Shown here piece by piece: positions 1-15,052 of a stretch of 64,000 nucleotides of DNA (the first letter of the stretch is position 1; the number at the start of each line of letters is the position of its first letter). The position numbers were made by a program, and so were the translations under genes. Source of the DNA: the human T2T-CHM13v2.0 reference genome, Homo sapiens; the NCBI RefSeq assembly GCF_009914755.1, contig NC_060933.1, one strand, 5' to 3'. A model generated the notes under the pieces. It had not been told where the DNA came from and did no database searches. It was given only the letters and a program-made list of their open reading frames with translations.

Positions 1-13
1 ATCCCATGGATGC

Positions 14-945
14 TTTTTTTTTTTTAACTTCCATAAGTTTTGGAGAAATAGGTGGTATTTGATTACATGAGTAAGTTCTTTGGTGGTGATTTGTGAGATT
101 TTGGTGCACCTATCACCTGAGCAGTATACACTGAATCCAATTTGTAGTCTTTAATCCCTTACCCCTCTCCCACTCTTTCCCTGAGTCCCCAAGGTCCATT
201 GTATCATTTTTATGCCTTTGCATACACATAGCTTAGCTGCCATTTATGAGTGAGAACACAGGATGTTTTGCTTTCCACTTCCAAGCAATTTCCCTCAGAA
301 TAATAGTATGTAGTTTCATCCAGGTTGCTATGGATGCCATTAATTCATTCTTTTTTTTATGGCTGAGTAGAATTTTATCATATATATACCACAATTTATC
401 TACTCATTGATTGATGGGCATTTGGGCTGGTTCTATAGTCTTACAATTGCGAACTGTGCTTCTACAAACATGCGTGTGTAAGTATCTTTTTGGTATAATT
501 ACTTCTTTTCCTTTGGGTAGTTACCCAGTAGTGGGATTTCTGGATCAAATGGTAGTTTTACTTTTAGTTCTTTAAGGAATCTCCACACTGTTTTCCACAG
601 AGGTTGTACTAGTTTACATTCCCACCAGCAGTGTACAAGTGTTCTCTTTTCACCACATCCATGCCAACATATATTATTTTTTAATTTTTTGATTATGGTC
701 ATTATTGCAGGAGTAAAGTGGTATTGCATTGTGGTTTTGATTTCCATTTCCCTAATCATTAGTGATGTTGAGCATTTTTTCATATGTTAGTTGGTTATTT
801 GTATATCTTCTTTTGAGAACTGTCTATTCATGTCCTTAGCCTAGTTTTTAATGGGATGTTTTTGCTTTTACTTGTTAATTTGTTTGAGTTTCTTGTAGAT
901 TCTGGATATTAGTCCTTTGTCAGATGTATAAATTGTGAAGATTTT
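14..945 (-). mobile_element. L1PB-like LINE-1, 5'-truncated (ORF2 C-terminus, 3'UTR, polyA)
   Basis: PolyT at 14-25, then antisense L1PB-type 3'UTR (GTGAGATTTTGGTGCACC...GAGCAGTATACACTG). ORF 499-783 gives ORF2 C-terminal CCHC-region peptide ([14 protein letters not shown]). Confidence 0.9.
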
Positions 946-2518
946 AGCATACCCAAAGCTGTACCTCCCCAAGGAGAACCTCAGAGGTTAATACTATGAG
1001 AAAAGAAATAGACATTCAGAAAAATCATTCAAGCAGTCACTAAACAATTCAAGAAGATAACAATAACTAGGTGCAGAGGTGGGGAAGGAAAAAAAGAAGT
1101 ACCCAGAGTTGCTATAATATGTTATATGTAATGTCCAGTTTTCAACAAAACCAAAATTTGAGGTATACAAAGAAACATGACAGTATGACCTACACCCTAG
1201 AAAAAACTCAGACAACAGAAATTGCCTGTAAGAGTGAACAAATGCCATTTTTATCGGAAAAAAATCATAATAGACATTTAATACATTCACAGAATTATAA
1301 TAAAACATGATTAAAGCAGGCTATATGATGACAATGTCATCTCAAATAGAGCATTCGAATAGAGAAAAAATATTTTTAAAAAAGCAAGTAAAAATTCTGA
1401 GTTGAAAATACAGTAACTAAAATATTTAAAAAATGCACTAGAGGGGTTCATCAGTGGATTTTAACTAGTGGAATAATGAATTAGTGAGAATGAAGATAGA
1501 TGGGTATTCTGCAAGCCAAATAACCCAAAGAAAAAAGAACTTGAGAAAGAGCCAAGATCCTAAGAAAGTGTATCAACATATGTGAAACAGAATGCCAGAG
1601 AATGGGAGAAAAAGAAAGGCGATATATTTGAAGAAATAGTAACTAAAAATGTCCCAAAATTATTAGAAAACAATAGCCTGCATTTTCAGGAGCTCAATAA
1701 ACTCAAATGGAATAAACACAAAGAGATTTTTTTAAAAAAAAAACAGACCACACAGTCAAAATGCTGAAAGTCAAACATAAGGAAAAAATATTGAAAGCAG
1801 CAAGAGAAAAAGTAATCATTTCTTTTATAGAAATCCGATAAAATTAATAGCTGACTTTTATGTAGAAACCATGGATGCCAGAAAGTAGCAGAATAACGCA
1901 TTCAGTGTTCTCATTGAGCAACCAAAACAAACCAAAAAAAGCCTATCACTCAAGACAACCTGTATCCAGCAAAGCTATCTTTCAAAAATTAAGGCAAAAT
2001 AGGAAGTTTCCCAAATAAGGAAAAACTGAAAGTATTTTTGATAGCAGGTCACCTTACAGGAAATATTCAAGAAAGTTTTTTCAGGCTGAAAGCAAGGCAT
2101 CCTGACAGTATTCTGAATCTAAATAAAAGGAAGATGCACCAGTAAAGGCAAATACATAACTCTAAAAGACAGTTTTAATTTTTCTTCTTTCTTTTCTTAA
2201 CTGGTTTAAAGAGAAATTGTATAAGAATTACATATGTAATATATTGTGGGTCTTTAACATAAAGAAATGTGACACATGTGTAGCATATTAGCCAACATGA
2301 GCACAGAGGAGGTGGATGTGAGCAAGTGAGTATTTGACTAAGTAAATAACTACCAATTGTAAAGTAAGAATTATTGCAATATATTTTTGGGTTTTTGATG
2401 TTAATGGATGTAATATGGGTAATAATAATACCATAAAAGGAGGAAAAGGAAATACAGCAACACAGAAGTAACATTTCTGCATATAATTGGAATTAAACCA
2501 GTATAAAACTGAAGCTGA

Positions 2519-3146
<628 letters not shown>

Positions 3147-4888
3147 AAAACTGAAGCTGATTCTAAGTTAATGAATATGATAAATCCTAAAGAAAGTGTT
3201 GAAAAAATCAAACAATAGTATAAAAAGCATTAACTATATTAAATAAATTAAAATAGTACATTATAAAATACTCAATGCAAAAGAAAGCAGTAAAAGGGGA
3301 ATACAGCAACAAAAAGACATGAGATATGTAAAACAAAATAAAAGGGTAGAAAAATCGTCTATGTTTATAGTAAAATTAAATGTAAATGGACTAAAAATCG
3401 AATTGAAAGTCAGAGATTATCAGACTGAATAAAAATGATTGAACATTGTGCTTTTTGCATGAGACAAGTTTTAGATTCAAAGGTAAGTATAGATTGAAAG
3501 CTAAAGAATAGAAACAAATATGTCATGCAATCAGCAATTACAAAAAAATACTAGAGAAGCTATACAACTATCAGGAATAATAGATTTTAAAACCAAAAGT
3601 ATTACTAGACATAAAAAATAACATTTTATGGGACTCCTATGCCCCATTTTCAAAAATGGACAGAACAACTACAAAGAAAATCAAGAAGGAAATAGAAGAC
3701 TGACAATATAAACCAAATAGACCTGAAGGACATCTACAGAACACTCAACCTATATAAGGAAAATGAAAGATATAAAATCAATTGCCTGCCATTATATGTT
3801 AAAACACTGAAAAAAGAGTATACCAAACCTAAAGCAAGCACAGGGCAGTACATAATAAAGATACATCAAAAATTAATAAAATAGAAGATAAAAATCCAAC
3901 AGGGAATAACAACAAAACCCAAAGCTACTTCTTTGAACATTTCCTCAAAATGGACAAAACTTTTTTAAAAATTTTGTTCATTTTATTTATCCTTTTTCAA
4001 AATATTAGTTTTGGGAGCGTATTTACCTAGACTAACCAAAATAAAAATAGAGAGGATATAAGTAATTAGAATCAGAAATGAAAGAGGTGACATTACAATT
4101 TACATCAGTGAAATGAAAATTATTGTAGACCTAATTATACTATGAATAATTGCACACCAAAAATTTAATAACCTAGTGGAAACAAATTCTTAGAAACATA
4201 CTAACTATTGAAACAGGCATAAAAAGTGGACAATCAAATTTATAACAAATGTAGAGATCAAATTGGTAGTCAAAAACTACTTAGAAAAGTCAACATTGAG
4301 ATGGTTTTGCCACTTGATTCCACCAAATATTTTAGAAGAATTAATATAAATTTTTCACACTCTTCCAAAAAATATAAGAATAGAAAATATTCTACTTCAT
4401 TAATGAGGCCAGTATTATCCTAATACCAAACCAGAAAAATACATCACAAGGAAAGAAAACTACTGACAACTAGCTCTTATAAATGTGGATACAAAAATTA
4501 TCTGTAGTTATTAGGACTAGTAAACATGGTTAGTAAGATTATTGGATACAAGATAAATATACAAAATCAATCATATCACTGTATTCTTGAAGTGAACCAT
4601 TAGGAAATGAAATTTGGGAAACAATTTTATTATAATAGTGTCAAAGATTAAAATATTTAGAAAGAAGTTTTTAAAATTTCAAAATTTGTACTCCAAAATT
4701 ACAAAATATTCTTTAAATACATTTCAAAACCTAAATAATTGAAGAAAAATCTTATTTATGGATTGAAAGACTTATCTTTATTATGATGGCAATATTTCCC
4801 AAACTGATCTACAGACTTGACATAATTCCTATCAAATCCCCTGACTTGTATGTATGTAGAAATTAATGAGTTGATTCAAGAATTCATA

Positions 4889-5935
4889 AAGTGGGGAAAG
4901 GACACTCTATTCAACAAATGGTTCTGGGATAATTGGCAAGCCACATGTAGGAGAATGAAATTGGACTTATCTCTCACCTTATACAAAAATCAACTCAAGA
5001 TGGAATAAGGACTGAAATCTAAGACCTGAAACTATAAAAATTCTAGAACATAACATTGGAAAAACCCTTCTAGACATTGGCTTAGGTAAAGACTTCATGA
5101 CCATGAACTCAAAAGCAAATGCAAAAAATAAACAAAGATGGAAAGATGGGACTTAATTAAACTAAAGAGCTTCTGCACAGCAAAACGAATAGTCAGCAGA
5201 GTAAACATACGACCCACGGGGTAGAAACAAATCTTCACAATCTATACAATTGACAAAGGACTAATATCCAGAATCTACAAGAAACGTAAACAAATTAGCA
5301 AGCAAAAACAAAAATCCCATTAAAAAGTGGGCTAAGGACATGAACAGATAATTCTGTAAAGAAGATATACAAATGGCCAACAAACATATGAAAAAAAGAT
5401 CAACATTACTAATGATAATCAAACAATCAAAAAATACTAGATGTTGGTGTGGATGGGTGAAAAGGAAACGCTTCCACACTACTGGTGGGAATGTAAACTA
5501 GTACAACCACTATGGAAAACAGTGTGGAGATTCCTTAAAGTACTAAAAGTAGAACTAGCATTTGATCCAGCTATGGGTATCTACCCAGAGGAAAAATGAA
5601 TTCATGGCACTGGCAGCAACCTGTATGGGATTAAAGGCTATTATTCTAAGTGAAGTAACTCATGAATGGAAAACCAAACTTCATATGTTCTCATTCATAA
5701 GTGGGAGCTAAGCAATAAGGATGCAAAGGCATAAGAATGATACAATGGACTTTGGGAACTTTGGGGAAAGGGTGAGACAAGTGTGAAAGTTCAGACTACA
5801 AATTGGGTTCAGTGTATACTGCTCAGGTGATGGGTGCACCAAAATCTCACAAATTACCACTAAATAAATTACTCATGTAACCAAATACCACCTGGTCCCC
5901 AAAAACGTACAGAAATAAAAAAACATTTATAAAAA
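4889..5935 (+). mobile_element. L1PB-like LINE-1, 5'-truncated with internal deletions
   Basis: Starts at the ORF2 [10 protein letters not shown]-coding region. L1PB 3'UTR and A-rich tail at 5700-5935. Degenerate TSD AAGAATTCATA / AATAATTCACA; the host L1M resumes after it. Confidence 0.85.
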
Positions 5936-6496
5936 TAATTCACATGAGATTGCCAGGAACCTAGAATGGTCAAACAATCTTGAAAAAAAAAAAAAAAAAA
6001 GAAGCACAAAGCAGGAAAGCTCACAGTTTCCAACTGCAACACTTGCTCTTGAGGAATTTCAATTACAACATGGTTCTGGTACACAAATAGACAACATAGA
6101 TCAATGGAATAGAATTTAGAGTCCAGATTGACTCATACATCTGTAATCAACTGATTTTCAACCAGCACATTGAGATTATTCAATAAGAGAAAGCATTGTC
6201 ATTTCAAGAAATCATGCTGGAGCAACTGGATAACCATAGGCAAAAGGATGAAGTTGGATTCTTATCCCATATAAATAATAAATTAATTCAAAATTGATTA
6301 AAAAGCTAAATGTAAGAGCTAGGATTATAAAACTAATAGAAGAAAACATAGGAATGAATATTTGTGATCTTGGATTTGAGAAAGAATTTTTAGTTATGAC
6401 ACCAAAAGCACACACAGTAGAAGAATAAATAAATTGTATTTTATCAAAATATAATATGTTGTGCTTCAAAGGACATCAAGTAAATGAAAACACATA

Positions 6497-6830
<334 letters not shown>

Positions 6831-6920
6831 TCACAGAATGGGAGAAAATATTTGCAAACCATGCATTTGATAACAAATTTGAAGCCAAAATATGTAAAGA
6901 ACACTGACATCTTTGTGATA

Positions 6921-6948
6921 AACACAAACACACACACACACACACACA
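6921..6948. repeat. (CA)n microsatellite
   Basis: Direct reading. Confidence 0.9.
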
Positions 6949-7899
6949 ATCTATGGGCAAAGGATCTGCATATTTAAAAATGGGCAAAGGATGTGAATAT
7001 TTTTTCTAAGGAAGACATACAGGTGTCCAATGAACACATGACATGATGTCTAATTACTATTAGTTGTTATAGAAACATAAATCAATATGACAATGAGATG
7101 CCACTTTCTTCCCCACTAGGACAGCTATAGTCTGTCCTAAAGTCAGAAGCTAAAAGTCAAAAGCTAAAGTCAGAAGGCAAGTATTGGCAATGATGGAAAA
7201 AAGAAAACTCTTATAAACTATTGATAGATGTGTAGATAATGTAGAGATAATGTAGTTACATTCAAAAACAGTTTGCAAGTCCTGAAATTAATTAAGCATA
7301 GAGTTACCATATGATCTAGTAGTTCCACTCCTGTTCATATACAAAGAGAAATAAAATATATGCCATTACTTTGTACATTAATGTTTATAGCAGCATTATT
7401 CACAAGAGGTAAAAACTGGAAACAATCACTAACTGATGAACTGATAAAGAAAATGTCATACATCCATACAAGAGAATATTATTTGGCCATTAAAAAGGAA
7501 TTATACGTTCAACAATATGGATGAATATTGAAAACATTAGGCTAAGAGAAAAAAGCCGGTAATTAAAGACCATATATATATATATATATTATATGACTGT
7601 ATTCTTATAACAAAAACAAAAATCTATTACAATAGAAAGTACAATAAATCAGAGGTTCTCTAGAGCTGGGAGCTGGGAGGGGAGCTTAGAGGAGAAGAGT
7701 GGTGCTAGCTAAAGTTTTTTTTTTTTTTGGAAAGGTTATTTTGTGTGTGTGGAAATAATGTTCCACAATTAATTGGGATGATAGCTTCACATGTCTGTGA
7801 ATATATTGAAACCATTAAATTCATCACTTTACATGGATTAATTATATGGTATGTGAACAATATCTCAATAATACTATCTTTAAAAAACAGTATAAATGT

Positions 7900-8610
7900 A
7901 TTTTTCTTTGAAATTCCTTTTTATAAAAAGGCAACTGCATAAAGCAATACTAATAAATGTTTGTTGAGAAAAACACAATGTGTGAGGAAATAATTTGTAA
8001 CAATAATAATATGAAGGAAAGGTAAAACTTAGTACATAGGATCAAAGGTTTTGTATACTGTTGAAATTAAGTTGGTGTTATTCTAAACTATAATGTCATA
8101 AATTAAGATATTAATGTTACTCCCCAGGGCAGCCATTTATAATAAAACTCAAAATATATAGAAAAATAAATAATAAGGGAATTAAAATTGTGCATTATAA
8201 AATATTTAACACAAAAGAACACAGTAATGGAGGAATGAAAAAACAAATAATATAGAAAAGACAAACTCCATAAAGTAAAAAAATTGTATACTACATTGTT
8301 GAATTTGTTACATATATAAATTATGTACAAATAGTACAAAAAAGGCAGTGAGAAAACAGAGCTATATAGGAGTAACAGTCACACATTTTACTAAAATTAA
8401 GTTAGATTAAAACTGAAGTCGATTCTGATAAAATAAGTTGTCTCTTGTAATCCCTAAATACTAAGAAATTAAATAAAAATATCTAATGTAAATAATTTTT
8501 AAAGTAACGATGATGCTAACCTAGAAATAGTAAAAGAGAAACAAAAGAATAAGAAATGAGACATATAACAAAACAGAAACTAATGTGGTAGATGTGTACC
8601 ACATCATAAT
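7900..8610 (+). mobile_element. Old L1M inter-ORF region fragment
   Basis: Similar to the L1M segment at 2200-2520/3160-3400 in this window (e.g. AAAACTGAAGTCGATTCT vs AAAACTGAAGCTGATTCT). Confidence 0.6.
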
Positions 8611-8901
8611 TGTTAACTCAGTTGGGAAACAATCTTAATAACTAGTTTTCAGTGTTGATGTGTACTTTCTTTTGCCTTAATTATACAAACTCTACACATT
8701 TCCAAAGTTACTCATGTCTCCATTTCCTTCCAAACTCCCAAAGAGAGGTTGATTTATACATTTGTAGGACAATTAGACTCTTTTGTTTGCATTTCTTCCT
8801 TAGATTATCTGGTCTCCTCAATTATTATAATTATTATTTTAAATTTGCAAACATTAAGGTTCACTCATTCAAGATCAATGGGTTTTAATCAATCCAAAAT
8901 A

Positions 8902-8963
8902 CAAAGGGGCTTCAAAAGGTTTATGAAAAATAGAACTAAAAGCCAAAATAATAAATATAAACT
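8902..8963 (-). mobile_element. HSMAR2-like mariner terminal fragment (solo end)
   Basis: TA followed by CAAAGGGGCTTCAAAAGGTTTATGAAAAATAGAACTAAAAG...AATATAAACT resembles the reverse complement of the Hsmar2 right end as I recall it. Confidence 0.55.
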
Positions 8964-8964
8964 G

Positions 8965-11830
8965 TTTTTACAGCTTTGCCTTTTCCAGAACGTCATAAAA
9001 TTAGAATCATACAGTATGTAGCATTTTTAGACTTATTTCACTTCGACATGCACTTAAGCTTTCTTGGTATGTTTTTATAGTTCTTTTTTAAAACTCACAG
9101 AATAATATTTAGTTGTATTAGTTAATGCAGTTTGTTTATTCATTCACCTATTAAAGGACATTTTGGTTGCTTTCAGTTCTTAATGATTATGCAAAAGTTG
9201 CTGAAATACTTGCACCATAATCTTTTTTGGACATACGGATTCAAACAGTTGGGTAAATACCTAGTAGTATGTTTAATGCACTGTATGGTCAGAATCTGCT
9301 TAATTATGCAACAAACTGTCAGACATTCTCCTAAAATGTCTGTGTCATTTTAATTAGCTCCAACAATGAATGAGAGTTCTTTCTACTTCGCATTCTTTCC
9401 GGAAGTGGGTATTGGCAACATTTTAAGTTTACCCATCCTAATAGGTGTGTAGTAATATTGTTTTATTTGATTTTGCAATTTTCTAGCGACAAATAATGTT
9501 GAGAATCTATTGATATACTTATATTTTTAGTTTTATGTCCTTTTTGGGGATGTGTTTCTTTGGATTTTTATGCATTTTAAATTAGACATTTTGTTTTCTT
9601 ACAGTTGAGTTTTAATTTTTCTTCGCATATTTTGGATACACATTCTTTATAAGAAAAGTCTTTAACATATATTTTCTCTCGGTCTGCAGCTTCTCTTTTC
9701 ATTGCCTTAACAGTGTATTTTACGTCACAAAAGCATTTCATTTCCTAAACTTCAATTTGCGTTTCCTTTTTCTCTTATTTTATGAATGATGCTTTTGGTT
9801 TTGTATCTAAAACTCATTGCCAAATCCAAGGTCATAAAGATATTCCTTTATATTTTCTTCTAGTCCTATAGTTTTGTTTTCCATTTAGGCCTATGGTCAA
9901 CTTTGAGTCAATTGTTTGAAAGGCATGGGTCTACATTCACTTTTAAAATCTTTCACATTTAACAGTTCAATTCTTTCATAACCATTTGTTAAAGAGTATT
10001 TTCCCCCACTAAATTGCCTCTGCTCTTTTGTCAAATAACAGTTGACTTGTGTATAGGTGTATCTCTAGGATCTTCATTATTTTCTATTTAACTTCATGTC
10101 CATTTTCTTGCCAATGCCATTCTGTCTTAATTACTGCAACTTTATAAGAATACATATAGTTAGGTTGTATGATTTCTCTGCTTTTTGTGTACACTTTAAC
10201 TTTGTGTTGGCTACTCTGAGTTTTGCCTTTCCATATAAACTTGAGAATTATAGATATCTACAAAACAGCACGCAAAGATTGTTATTGAGATTTCATTGAA
10301 TCTACAGATCAATTTGAGAAGATCTGTCTCTTTTAGACTATCGAGTATTCCAATACATGGGTAAAGAATATCTCTACATTTATTTATAAGTTGTTTTGTT
10401 TCTTTATTCAGAGTTCTGTCATTTTCTAAAAATATATCTTGCACATATTTTATTGTATTTGTACTTAGGTACTATATTTTAGGTGCTATATTAAATGGTA
10501 TTTTGTTTTTGATTTTAAACTGCAATTGTTGATTCAGTAATCATATAGAAAATAATTAACTTTTGTACATTAATCTTGTGTCCTGCAATCTTTCTATCAT
10601 TGCTTATTACAGTTTTTTTTAATTGATACTGTGGAATTTCCTGTGTAGACAATCATGTCATCTGTGAACACAGATTGTTTTATTTCCCTTCCAAATGTGT
10701 ATCTTCTATTTCATTTTCTTGTTTTATTACATTACCTAACATTTCCAACATTATGTTGAAGTTGTGAGAGGAGACATTCTTGTCCTATTCCTGATACTAG
10801 TTCCAAAGTATCTATTTTCTCACCAGCAAGTTTGTTGTTAACGGTGGCTTACTTGGAGATGTTCTCTCTCGAGTTAAACTTTTTCTCTATTCCTAGTTTG
10901 CTGAGAGTTTTTGTTATGAATGAGTAATGACTTTGTCTAATTTTTTCTGAATCTACTGATATGACAGTATGGTTTTTCTTCTTTAGCCTGTTGATGTGAT
11001 GAATCACATTAATTCATTTCCAAATGTTGAATCAGCCTTGTATTCCTGGAATAAATCTAACTTGGTCATGTTGTATAATTCTCCTTGTACATTGTTGGAT
11101 TTGATTTGCTAATATTTTGCCAGTCATTTTCCATTCTTATAATATATTTGTATAGTTTTGTTATGAGGGTTTTAGCTGGCATGTGCTGACATTGCTTTGG
11201 CAGTGAATGACCACTGTCTCACTATTGTTTGGTTGAAGTAGAATTTCAGGCTTCCCAACTGGCTTCCAATGATACCCAAGGGAGTTTCTTCTCATCACTG
11301 TTTGGAAGATGTTGTAGTTCTCACTCCCCTCAAGTCCTCAATTGATAACTCCCTGGCTTTGAAGAGTAGCAGTGACTATTTTACTTTCCCCACATGTTCT
11401 CCACTCATGTAGAGATGGAGGAGGGGATGTTTTACCTCTTTACTGCTCAGCAAAGGTGAGAGTCCTGACTCTCCTCTAGGTCTCCTCTGACACCACTCCA
11501 TGGAAAGTGGTAAGAGGAACTCATTATTGCCTAGCAAGGCAGGAAACCCTAGGTCTTGGTTCAGATTTTGCTGTTCTGGAGAGTGGAGTGTGTCCCTAGT
11601 TTTTATGTATGTATGTGTGAACATCTGTTTCTGTGTGTGTGTGTATGTGTGTTTGTGTGTGTTGTTTGGCTTCAACTATCTAGTTATTATCTAGAGCTTT
11701 TTTTGTCTAGGCTGCCTTTCTGGTCCCTTGGCTAGATAAAGTAGGCTTTTAGTGCTTTCTTTTTGTTGGGTGCTTTTTATTTTGTTGAGAGAACACCCAC
11801 CAGTGATTTCACATTAGTAACAAATGCTTG
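8965..11830 (-). mobile_element. Old L1M (L1MC/MD-like) fragments, antisense
   Basis: Degenerate antisense ORF2/3' region (e.g. ORF 10211-10444 LKLICRFNEI). L1M 5'-type sequence at 11200-11830, including a TG-rich tract at ~11605-11660. Confidence 0.7.
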
Positions 11831-13673
11831 GAGCACTGTGAAATAAGACTTACTAGAGACTTCTATACGATGAAGAGTAAAATAAAAGAAGAAAGATGTC
11901 ATTTAATAATTGCAACTGATCACACACACACATAGCACATGCACAAAAATTATTACGATTGAACTGTATGTACTTGTGCACTTGACAAAATAAAAATTAA
12001 AACAAAAAGAAGTTTTCTGCATAATGATATATTTTAAATTATTCAAGCTATTATAGTCAACATTGTATCTTATTGGTTCTTAATAGTTTAAGCATTTTTT
12101 CCACACTGAGCATTATTCTAACATAAAAAGTTACTTATTTTTTCATTGCCACAAGTTATTTCATCTGGTGCTTAACTAAAAAATGATTTCAATATTAATG
12201 AAAAAAATGGCTATAGTTAGAGCTGTTAAGAGAAAGAATGTGTCTCCACTTTGATGAATTATTGAGAGAATTTCAAAGATAATTGTGATTATAACTGCTT
12301 TTCACTAGGTTTTCTGATTTTGAAACCTAACTATTGCTTCTCTCCCTCATGATTTAAATAGTTCTGTAATCCTTTAATGGCTAGTCTTATATTAACATAC
12401 TTCATATTTATGGAAAAATGAATTATCTGCTATATATCTATCTAAGAACCAAAAAGTAGCAAGCTTATTTGAAAGGCCTCTAAGCTGCAATAGTTTTTCA
12501 AAAGCACTTTCGTTTTGTTCTCATATTTGCAAAACAGCTTCATCCTTAGAAGGCCACTGGATAATTATAAACACACACACCCACACACACACGCATACAC
12601 ACTCACAAACCAAAAGAAAAGAATACAGAATATCTGTAGTAAAAATGGATCGTTATTATGTAATTTATCCCAGAGTCAAAAAATTTTAAAGGTGTCAGAG
12701 CTCTTTGAAGATGTCATTAGACAAAAACATATTAATATTGTTAATGCCAATGTTATAACCCTCATTCACAAAGATATACTTAAACAATGTTCAGTATAAT
12801 TTTGTTAATAAATGACAGTACTTTAAATTGGAACAAGGAGTTAAACCTATGTTAATATTTTAATAATGTATGTGTTTTTGTATTCAGTTTTAGTAAAGAA
12901 AAGATTTTAAGTAAATAATTTTAGTATATAAAATTCAAGACACATAATTTAAAGTAAGGAAAATTATTTTAAAATGAAGATAGCTGACAATAAAACTGAA
13001 TGTAGAAATTAACTTCCACGTCAACTAACTAAATATCAAGTATGACCTCTACTCCTAATATGTATTCCTAATTATTCATTTATTTTTATTTATATTTTTA
13101 TGTATGCATTTCTGTATTTATGTCTTGCTTATTTGTTTTTAGTTTTGCATTTTAACAGGATACATTTTTTAAAAAGTTGTTGTACAGTCCCTTACATAAG
13201 AAATTATTAGATCTTTGATTATACTAATGTAAATTTTACTACTGCACTTAGATTACAAGTTTTTTTAGAGCATAGATTATGTCTAAACATCTGTATCTAT
13301 ATTGCCTAATAACGTTCTTCTATGTATACATTATTGTTGGAATTCCATAAATCATTTTCAAAGAAACCATTCTCTTCATATATTTCAATTATGAAACATA
13401 GTAGAATTTTATCTCAGTTCTGCAAATATATCCAAATTGCTATGATGCAATAAAAATTTATAAGTGAATAGATATCATAATTTATTTTAAAAGTAAATTC
13501 ATTTTTCCTATTCTTTAATGATACAGGATTTTTTCTTATCTACATTTAAATGATTAGATTTAGTTTTGAATTCTGAGTGGATCTTTATTCCTCCAATTTC
13601 CTTGTGTAAATTTTGGCATACTTATAAAAATAAAAAGCAATATCCACACTTCTTTTTTATAACCTGTGCTTAC

Positions 13674-13792
13674 CCAATTTGACAAATGACGTTGAATGCT
13701 GAAGACTTGTACTGAATCAAGAGAAAAAGTTGTTGAGAGAAAGGCTAGTAGATTATGTTCCCTGTTTGATTTCAAAAAGATGAGCCAAATAG
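13674..13792 (-). other. Candidate internal exon of a minus-strand transcript (119 nt)
   Basis: Minus-strand acceptor GTTCTGTTTTCTAG|C and donor TGG|GTAAGC in non-repetitive DNA; one of three frames is open. Unverified. Confidence 0.3.
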
Positions 13793-14713
13793 CTAGAAAA
13801 CAGAACTCTTGAGAGTTTAGAGAACACCAAATTCATCATCTAGTGTACAATAAATCTCTTCCTTGGATAGATTTATTTATTTTATCAAACAGGGCTTCAT
13901 ATAATGGATAACACTGGTGTAAAATGGTGACTATTTGTAACAGATGTTGCTAAATGCAGGCATTATTCCAGTGGGAAGAGAGGTGAGGTCCAGGATAGAG
14001 CAAGTGCGCAAGACAGACTTTAAAGAGATCATTTCCATTCAAGTTTAAGAATGATGTGCACCTCTATAAAAGTACATTCTTTTTGTGATGTAAGCTTGAG
14101 GAAGGGTAAATAGATGTTAAGAAATCTTCCATAAGAACATCAGCACGAGCCCTACACTGAGACTTTAAAATGTTTTTTATTCAGGTCTATGTACATTTTT
14201 CCAGAGTAAAAGGTTCCAGATACACTGCTATTCTTAGTTTATATGCATGTGGTTCTTACAGTGTAAAAAAGAAAAAATGAAAAAATTCAGATAAGGGTGA
14301 ATTCAGCCTAATTTAGTGACATGATGTCACTTTGTCTTTGATTTCTGTCTCTGCTTTGGCCTTAAGCTTCATTAACAGTAGTTATAGTTAAGCCTCTAAA
14401 CATTTAAAATTTCAACTTCTTTTTTCTTTTTTTTAAAGAAAAAGGAAAAGAAGAGTCAGTGCTGACCTTCAGTGATTTGGGGTAATGAATTTTCAGACAT
14501 AAAATCTCATAGGCTCTCTCACAAGAGATCAGTTGCTAGAGTTTTGGTCAGGTCAGTGTTATCAGAGTTAAAAAAAAAAAAAAAAAAAAAGGTCTTTCTA
14601 ATGATAAATGTAGTTCAGGATATCTGCTCGCATGGCAAGTTCAAATATGAGAGAAAGAGGCACAGTTCCCCTTCCTATTGACTCATTGGCTTCTCCAGAG
14701 TCATGCACTGTCT

Positions 14714-15052
14714 TTTTCTACCTTTTTTTTTCCTTTTTATTTTCTTTTTTATTTTCTTTTTTTGAGATGGAGTCTCACTCTGTCGCCCGGGCTGGAGTGC
14801 AGTGGTGTGATCTCGGCTTATTGCAACCTCTGCCTCCCGGGTTCACGCCATTCTCCTGCTCAGCCTCCCGAGTAGCTGGGATTACAGGCGCCTACCACCA
14901 CGCCCGGCTAAATTTTTTTTTTTTTTGTATTTTTAGTAGAGACGGGGTTTCACCATGTTAGCCAGGATGGTCTCGATCTCCTGACCTCGTGATCCACCCA
15001 CCTCGGCCTCCCAAAGTACTGGGATTACAGGTGTGAGCCACCGTGCCCGGCC
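14714..15052 (-). mobile_element. AluY
   Basis: Antisense dimer (GGGTTCACGCCATTCTCC; TTAGCCAGGATGGTCTCGATCTCC). TSD AGTCATGCACT(G/T)TCT at 14699-14713 / 15054-15068. Confidence 0.93.

Noticed and set aside
14569-14590. Isolated polyA run as a retrocopy tail
   Set aside because: No recognisable upstream body, polyA signal or TSD.
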